64,000 bases of DNA from an uncultured Myxococcales bacterium (GTDB lineage Bacteria > Myxococcota_A > Bradymonadia > REDH01). Position numbers and translations under genes: made by a program. Location of the stretch: positions 2,488 to 66,487 of the forward strand of contig CBDUJZ010000009.1 in assembly GCA_965367675.1 (NCBI GenBank). Reading direction: 5' to 3'. Below the pieces are notes generated by a model that worked only from the letters and a program-made list of their open reading frames with translations, was not told where the DNA came from and searched no databases. Below are positions 59,995-64,000 of this stretch, one piece after another. Each line of letters starts with the position of its first letter. The first letter of the stretch is position 1.

Positions 59995-61674
59995 CTAGTC
60001 AACCAGCGGTGTGGAGCGCGCGATGATCGCGTCGAAATCCACGTCCGGAGGGAGCGTGCCCAGCGCGTCGCCATGCTCCAGCCCATTTGGGCCGCCGAGC
60101 CGTGAGCGCACGTAGGCGTCTCCGACAGCGTGGGGCGCGTGTCGTAGTAGCAGTCCGGCCTGGAGCACTTTGGCCATGTCCTCGACGACCCTCCGAGCGC
60201 GGATTTCTAGGGTGCTGCGGTCCGCGAAGCCGTCCTTGATCTTGAGCAGCGCGGCGTCGTATCGGGCGTCTGCGCCGACCGCGAGCTGGGCCTCGGCGAA
60301 ATAGGCTTCCAGCGTGTCGGGCTCCCGTCCGATCGCCCGCAGTAGGTCGAGCGATTGTACGTTGCCGGCGCCTTCCCAGATGGAGTTGAGCGGCGACTCA
60401 CGGAACAGCCGCGGCATGCCCGACTCCTCGACAAAGCCGTTGCCGCCAAGGCACTCCAGCGCCTCGCGGGCGACGGTCGTCTCGCGCTTCGTAATCCAGT
60501 ACTTGGCCACCGGCGTGGCCACGCGGGCGAACGCCGTCGCGTCGGGGTTCGCGGTGGCGTCGTCGAACGCGCGGGCGAGGCGGAAGGCGAGGGCGGTGGC
60601 GGCTTCGGACTCCAAGGCGAGGTCCGCGATCACGTTCTTCATGAGCGGCTGCTCAGACAGGCGGCGTCCGAATGCCCACCGGTGCCGGACGTGGTGCGCG
60701 GCCTCGGCGACACAGCGGCGGATGAGTGAAGCTCCGCCGAGGGCGCAGTCGAGGCGCGTGTGGCGAACCATCTCGAGGATGGTGGCGACGCCGCGTCCAG
60801 GCGTGCCGATGAGCTGACCGAAGCAGTCCTCGAAGAACACCTCGCTCGACGCGTTGGACCGGTTTCCGAGCTTCGATTTGAGGCGCATGAACCGCATGGT
60901 GTTCTGCGTTCCGTCGGGGCGGAATCGCGGCACCAGGAAGCACGACAGTCCCTCTTCGGTTTGCGCGAGCACCAGGAACGCGTCGCACATGGGCGCCGAG
61001 CAGAACCACTTGTGGCCATTCAGGCGGTAGGCTTGTCCACCGCCGGGGCTGCCGAGGGGCGTGGCGCGGGTGGTGTTGGCGCGAACGTCGGAGCCGCCTT
61101 GGCGCTCGGTCATGGCCATGCCGAACAGCGCCCCGCGCTTGTCTGCGATAGGCGCGAACCGCTCGTCGTAGCTTCGCGAGAGCACCTTCGGCAGCCACTC
61201 GGCGGCGACGTCGGGCTGCAGCCGCAGAGACGGAACCACGGCGAAGGTCATGGTGAGCGGGCAGCTGTGTCCCTGCTCCACCTGGTGTCGCACGTGGCCT
61301 AGGCCGGCGCGCGCCACGTGGGCGCCGGGTTTGGGGTCGCTCCATACGGAGGCGTGCGCGCCGCGCGCGATGGCGGAGCGCATGAGCTCGTGCCAGGCGG
61401 GGTGAAACTCCACGACGTCGATGCGATGGCCGAAGCGGTCGAACAGCTTCAGTTCGGGTGGATAGTCGTTGGCGAGCTCGCCGAGCTTGAGGAACTCCGC
61501 GCGTCCGAGCTCTTGGGCGTACGTGCGCACATCGGACTCGGCCCAGGCGGCGCCTTCACGGGTGAGCGCGTCTCGGAGGGGCATGTCCCACTCGAACATG
61601 TCGTAGTCTTCGAGCGCCACCGCTTGGTTGAGGACGGCGTCGGACGGCTGCTGCGCGAGCTCTTGCGTATGCAT
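59995..61674 (-). CDS. AidB-like acyl-CoA dehydrogenase family protein
   Basis: ACAD N-terminal, middle and C-terminal domains. The long N-terminal extension and C-terminal tail are characteristic of the AidB subfamily. Confidence 0.85.
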   Translation of the reverse strand: MHTQELAQQPSDAVLNQAVALEDYDMFEWDMPLRDALTREGAAWAESDVRTYAQELGRAEFLKLGELANDYPPELKLFDRFGHRIDVVEFHPAWHELMRSAIARGAHASVWSDPKPGAHVARAGLGHVRHQVEQGHSCPLTMTFAVVPSLRLQPDVAAEWLPKVLSRSYDERFAPIADKRGALFGMAMTERQGGSDVRANTTRATPLGSPGGGQAYRLNGHKWFCSAPMCDAFLVLAQTEEGLSCFLVPRFRPDGTQNTMRFMRLKSKLGNRSNASSEVFFEDCFGQLIGTPGRGVATILEMVRHTRLDCALGGASLIRRCVAEAAHHVRHRWAFGRRLSEQPLMKNVIADLALESEAATALAFRLARAFDDATANPDATAFARVATPVAKYWITKRETTVAREALECLGGNGFVEESGMPRLFRESPLNSIWEGAGNVQSLDLLRAIGREPDTLEAYFAEAQLAVGADARYDAALLKIKDGFADRSTLEIRARRVVEDMAKVLQAGLLLRHAPHAVGDAYVRSRLGGPNGLEHGDALGTLPPDVDFDAIIARSTPLVD

Positions 61675-61769
61675 TGGCGGGTGGGTTGGGCGCGGCGCGC
61701 TGAGCGGGTTTATGGTTCGATCGGCAGCCGGGTACGCGCCAGGACCGGCCGTCTGAGCGTGCTGCGCGG

Positions 61770-62708
61770 CTAGGCGATGAACGGATGGACGCCCATCGTC
61801 GGGGTGACGGCTTCGCCGGTTCGGATGCCGTACGTGAGTTCGATCGCGGGACGCGCGTCCTCGATTCCGTAGCCTCCTCCGTTGAGGATGTCGTCGTACA
61901 CGCTGGTGTGTAGGTCACGGAATACGTTGGAGAATTCGAGGTCGATGCCGTCGATCGTGATGGAGCGGTACGCCCGCTGTCCCGCGGCCACAGCGGCCTC
62001 TGGGAGGTCGTCGCCATCGACCGACAGGAACCAGCGCACGCGTGCGTTGGCGAGTTCAAGCGCGCCGGACCCGCGCTGGCTGTCGAGCACGTGAACTTCG
62101 CTGGATTGCACGGGCCCGAACAGCCACATGAGCAGATCGAAGAAGTGCACGCCGATGTTGAGCACGATGCCGCCGGACTTCCCGAGGTCGCCTTTCCACG
62201 AGTAATGGTACCACTTTCCGCGCTTGGTCACGTAGGTCAGCACCACGTCGTGATGCTTGTCTGGCTCGGCTCTCAGGCGTTCGCGCAGCGCCACGAGGGC
62301 AGGGTGAACGCGGAGCTGAAGCACGGTGTAGACGCGCTTTTGGCACTCCTGCTCGATCTCGATGAGACCGTCCAAGCCCCAAGGGTTTGCGGCCAGCGGT
62401 TTCTCGCAGATCGCGTGGGCTTTGACGCGAAGGGCGAGGCGCACGTGGGCGTCGTGCAGGTAGTTGGGCGAGCAGACGGACACGTAGTCGACGCGACCGC
62501 CGCGATCGAGGCGTCGCTCCTTCTCCAGGTGGCGGTCGAAGCGCTCGATCTCGGTGAAGAACGAGCAGGCAGGAAAGTAGCTGTCGAGGATCCCCACCGA
62601 GTCGTGAGGGTCGATCGCGGCGACGAGCTGATTGCCGGTTGCTTGGATCGCCTCCAAGTGTCGAGGGGCGATATAGCCAGCGGCTCCGATCAGGGCGAAA
62701 TTGGCCAC
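61770..62708 (-). CDS. Gfo/Idh/MocA-family NAD(P)-dependent oxidoreductase (WbpB-like sugar dehydrogenase)
   Basis: GTG start (VANFALIGAAGYIAPRH...), a Rossmann N-terminus and the EKP active-site motif (AICEKPLAANP). Confidence 0.75.
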   Translation of the reverse strand: MANFALIGAAGYIAPRHLEAIQATGNQLVAAIDPHDSVGILDSYFPACSFFTEIERFDRHLEKERRLDRGGRVDYVSVCSPNYLHDAHVRLALRVKAHAICEKPLAANPWGLDGLIEIEQECQKRVYTVLQLRVHPALVALRERLRAEPDKHHDVVLTYVTKRGKWYHYSWKGDLGKSGGIVLNIGVHFFDLLMWLFGPVQSSEVHVLDSQRGSGALELANARVRWFLSVDGDDLPEAAVAAGQRAYRSITIDGIDLEFSNVFRDLHTSVYDDILNGGGYGIEDARPAIELTYGIRTGEAVTPTMGVHPFIA

Positions 62709-62993
62709 GGGAAACTCGGTGAAAGGCGAACGGATACTTTGACGTGGGACCCGGCGAGTGTACCGTGGGAGGACCCGAGATGGAACACGCGCGCTTCGGC
62801 TGAGCGTACCACATGTAGGGAAGTGCGAGTGCCGGTGCGACAAAGTCATGGGCTTTGTGAGACAACCATTTTGAGAGCGTGTGTCTAGGAACTGAGACAG
62901 TTGGACGCGACCTTTCCACATTCAAGCCAACGCCTTGCTCGGCCCCCTGGGGGCTCCCTCCGAGTTCAAGTCCGTAGCGATCTGGAGCGGATT

Positions 62994-64000
62994 TGAACGC
63001 CTGCGAGTATTGCGGAACACCTCGTGCCGTCGATGCGTTTCCCTGTCCGGGGTGTGCTGCGGAGCCGACGTCGGAGTGGCTGAGTGCGGCCGGAATCCCC
63101 GAGACCGTGTTCGGCGCGGCGTCCGCGATCGTGGGTGAAGATGGAATGGCGGCGTTGCAGGAAGCCGCGCGCGGTGTGCGCGAACGGGAGCGGGAAGCGC
63201 CGACGGTGTACGAGGCGAACCCGGCGTTTCCGCAGGGCGCTGTACCGCCGAGCACGGCGCCGAACGTTGCCGCGAACCACACGCTGTCCGATGGGCCGGC
63301 GCGTCAGGCTGCGTCGCCGTCTGAGAGCATCCCCGATATGGACGTGGATGGGCTCGTGGGACCGAACACGCTCATGAAGCGGCCCGGACCGCCAGCCTCC
63401 GACTCGTCGCGGCTCGCGTGGCCGGAGAGCCTGAGTGGTCCGTTCGAGGCCGGACGGCAGGTGGAGACCGCTCCACAAGCTGGCGCGTCGAATCAGCCCA
63501 CGCTGGACCCGGATGTGGAGCGTGAGTTGCGACCGGCGTCGGCGACGGACTCGGGCGGGACGTCTGGAGAACCGCAAGCGACGACGCAGATGCTCGACCA
63601 GCCCGATCGGCTCCCGCTCCGGCGTCCGCGTGCGACGGCTGGCAGCTCGGTAGGCGCGCGCATGCCGGCCCCCGTGCTCACCGGCGTGGGCTCGGTCACG
63701 CTGGACACGTCGGCCCGCGAGGTGGTGCGCTACGCCCGGACAATGGACCCTGACGACCCCGCTTCGGTGCTCAAGGTTCAGGCGCTGCTGGAGAGCCTGA
63801 TCACGCAGCAGGAGGCCGAGGCGGTTCCGGGCGCGGCGGCGCTCACGCTCTCGAAGATCGAAGAGGTGATCGCGAGCGAGCCCGAGGCGTCCGCTCCAAC
63901 CGGGCCGATCCCCGAGTCCATCCCCGACTTTGCGGCGCACCTCATGGATTGGGCCCGCGATGTGTCCGTGAGCGGCTCCCTGACGAGCGTGCTCAACGCG
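62994..64000 (+). CDS. Partial CDS (3' end beyond window): N-terminal zinc-ribbon (CEYC...CPGC) protein with A/P/E/S-rich low-complexity linker
   Basis: Continuous stop-free plus-strand frame running from a TTG near 62994 to the window end. It is absent from the ORF track only because no stop occurs inside the window. The competing minus-strand ORF 62966..63940 is Arg-rich and antisense-like. Confidence 0.45.

Noticed and set aside
62935-62993. tRNA-like T-loop resemblance (GAGTTCAAGTCCG) and a GCCCCC/GGGGGC mini-hairpin
   Set aside because: The flanking bases cannot form a T-stem or acceptor stem on either strand, and there is no D-arm or anticodon-arm pattern. Most likely it is the 5' UTR or ribosome-binding region of the zinc-ribbon ORF.
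62056-63940. Arg-rich minus-strand ORFs (62056..63282, 62966..63940)
   Set aside because: Their composition (R/A/P/G strings such as RRRARNRLG) is typical of antisense frames. They overlap the better-supported Gfo/Idh/MocA gene and the plus-strand zinc-ribbon frame.

Overview
This is a 64 kb, roughly 70% GC, densely coding chromosomal window. Several proteins (a globin-coupled sensor kinase, an OmpA protein with thrombospondin-type-3 repeats, zinc-ribbon and acidic low-complexity proteins) point to a deltaproteobacterium / Myxococcales-like genome, but that is an inference. I could support about 55 CDSs, no rRNA or tRNA genes, no CRISPR array and no mobile elements.

The clearest organised system is a respiratory and oxygen-sensing island at about 5.5-21.5 kb. 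It holds two divergent acidic-repeat lipoproteins (one with a cupredoxin blue-copper domain), a globin-coupled sensor histidine kinase overlapping a sigma54-dependent NtrC-family response regulator, and a complete cbb3 oxidase locus. The oxidase locus reads ccoN-O-Q-P then ccoG, an unannotated 43-aa transmembrane ORF, the copper ATPase ccoI and ccoS, all translationally coupled. It is preceded by a near-consensus FNR box that is shared with a divergent operon encoding an HCxxMCGP membrane protein and a Tat-lipoprotein HiPIP.

The second candidate is a run of minus-strand genes that overlap at their start and stop codons: a ferritin-like diiron membrane protein, a NodU/CmcH-type carbamoyltransferase, a DUF5989 mini-membrane protein, an SGNH hydrolase and GH92, followed by TerC, a GT2 and thrS. 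This looks like a small-molecule or glycan modification module of unknown function.

The third is a roughly 970-aa protein fusing a Peptidase_MA_2 (HExxH) domain, a TolB-like beta-propeller and a C-terminal outer-membrane beta-barrel. It is separated from a DUF2330/EGF-like Cys-rich membrane protein by four perfect 24-bp tandem repeats.

Housekeeping content includes trkA-trkH, a fadA-fadB beta-oxidation operon with a perfect 18-bp palindromic operator candidate, rpsO-pnp with a classic intergenic hairpin, surA, pcp, a ferredoxin / ferredoxin-NADP-reductase pair next to a fused homocysteine-methyltransferase/MTHFR gene, an aidB-like acyl-CoA dehydrogenase, and glycoside hydrolases GH92 and GH106-like.

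All calls come from reading the translated ORFs and the sequence directly; no database search was possible. Positions read from the sequence text rather than derived from the ORF track may be off by about 1 nt.
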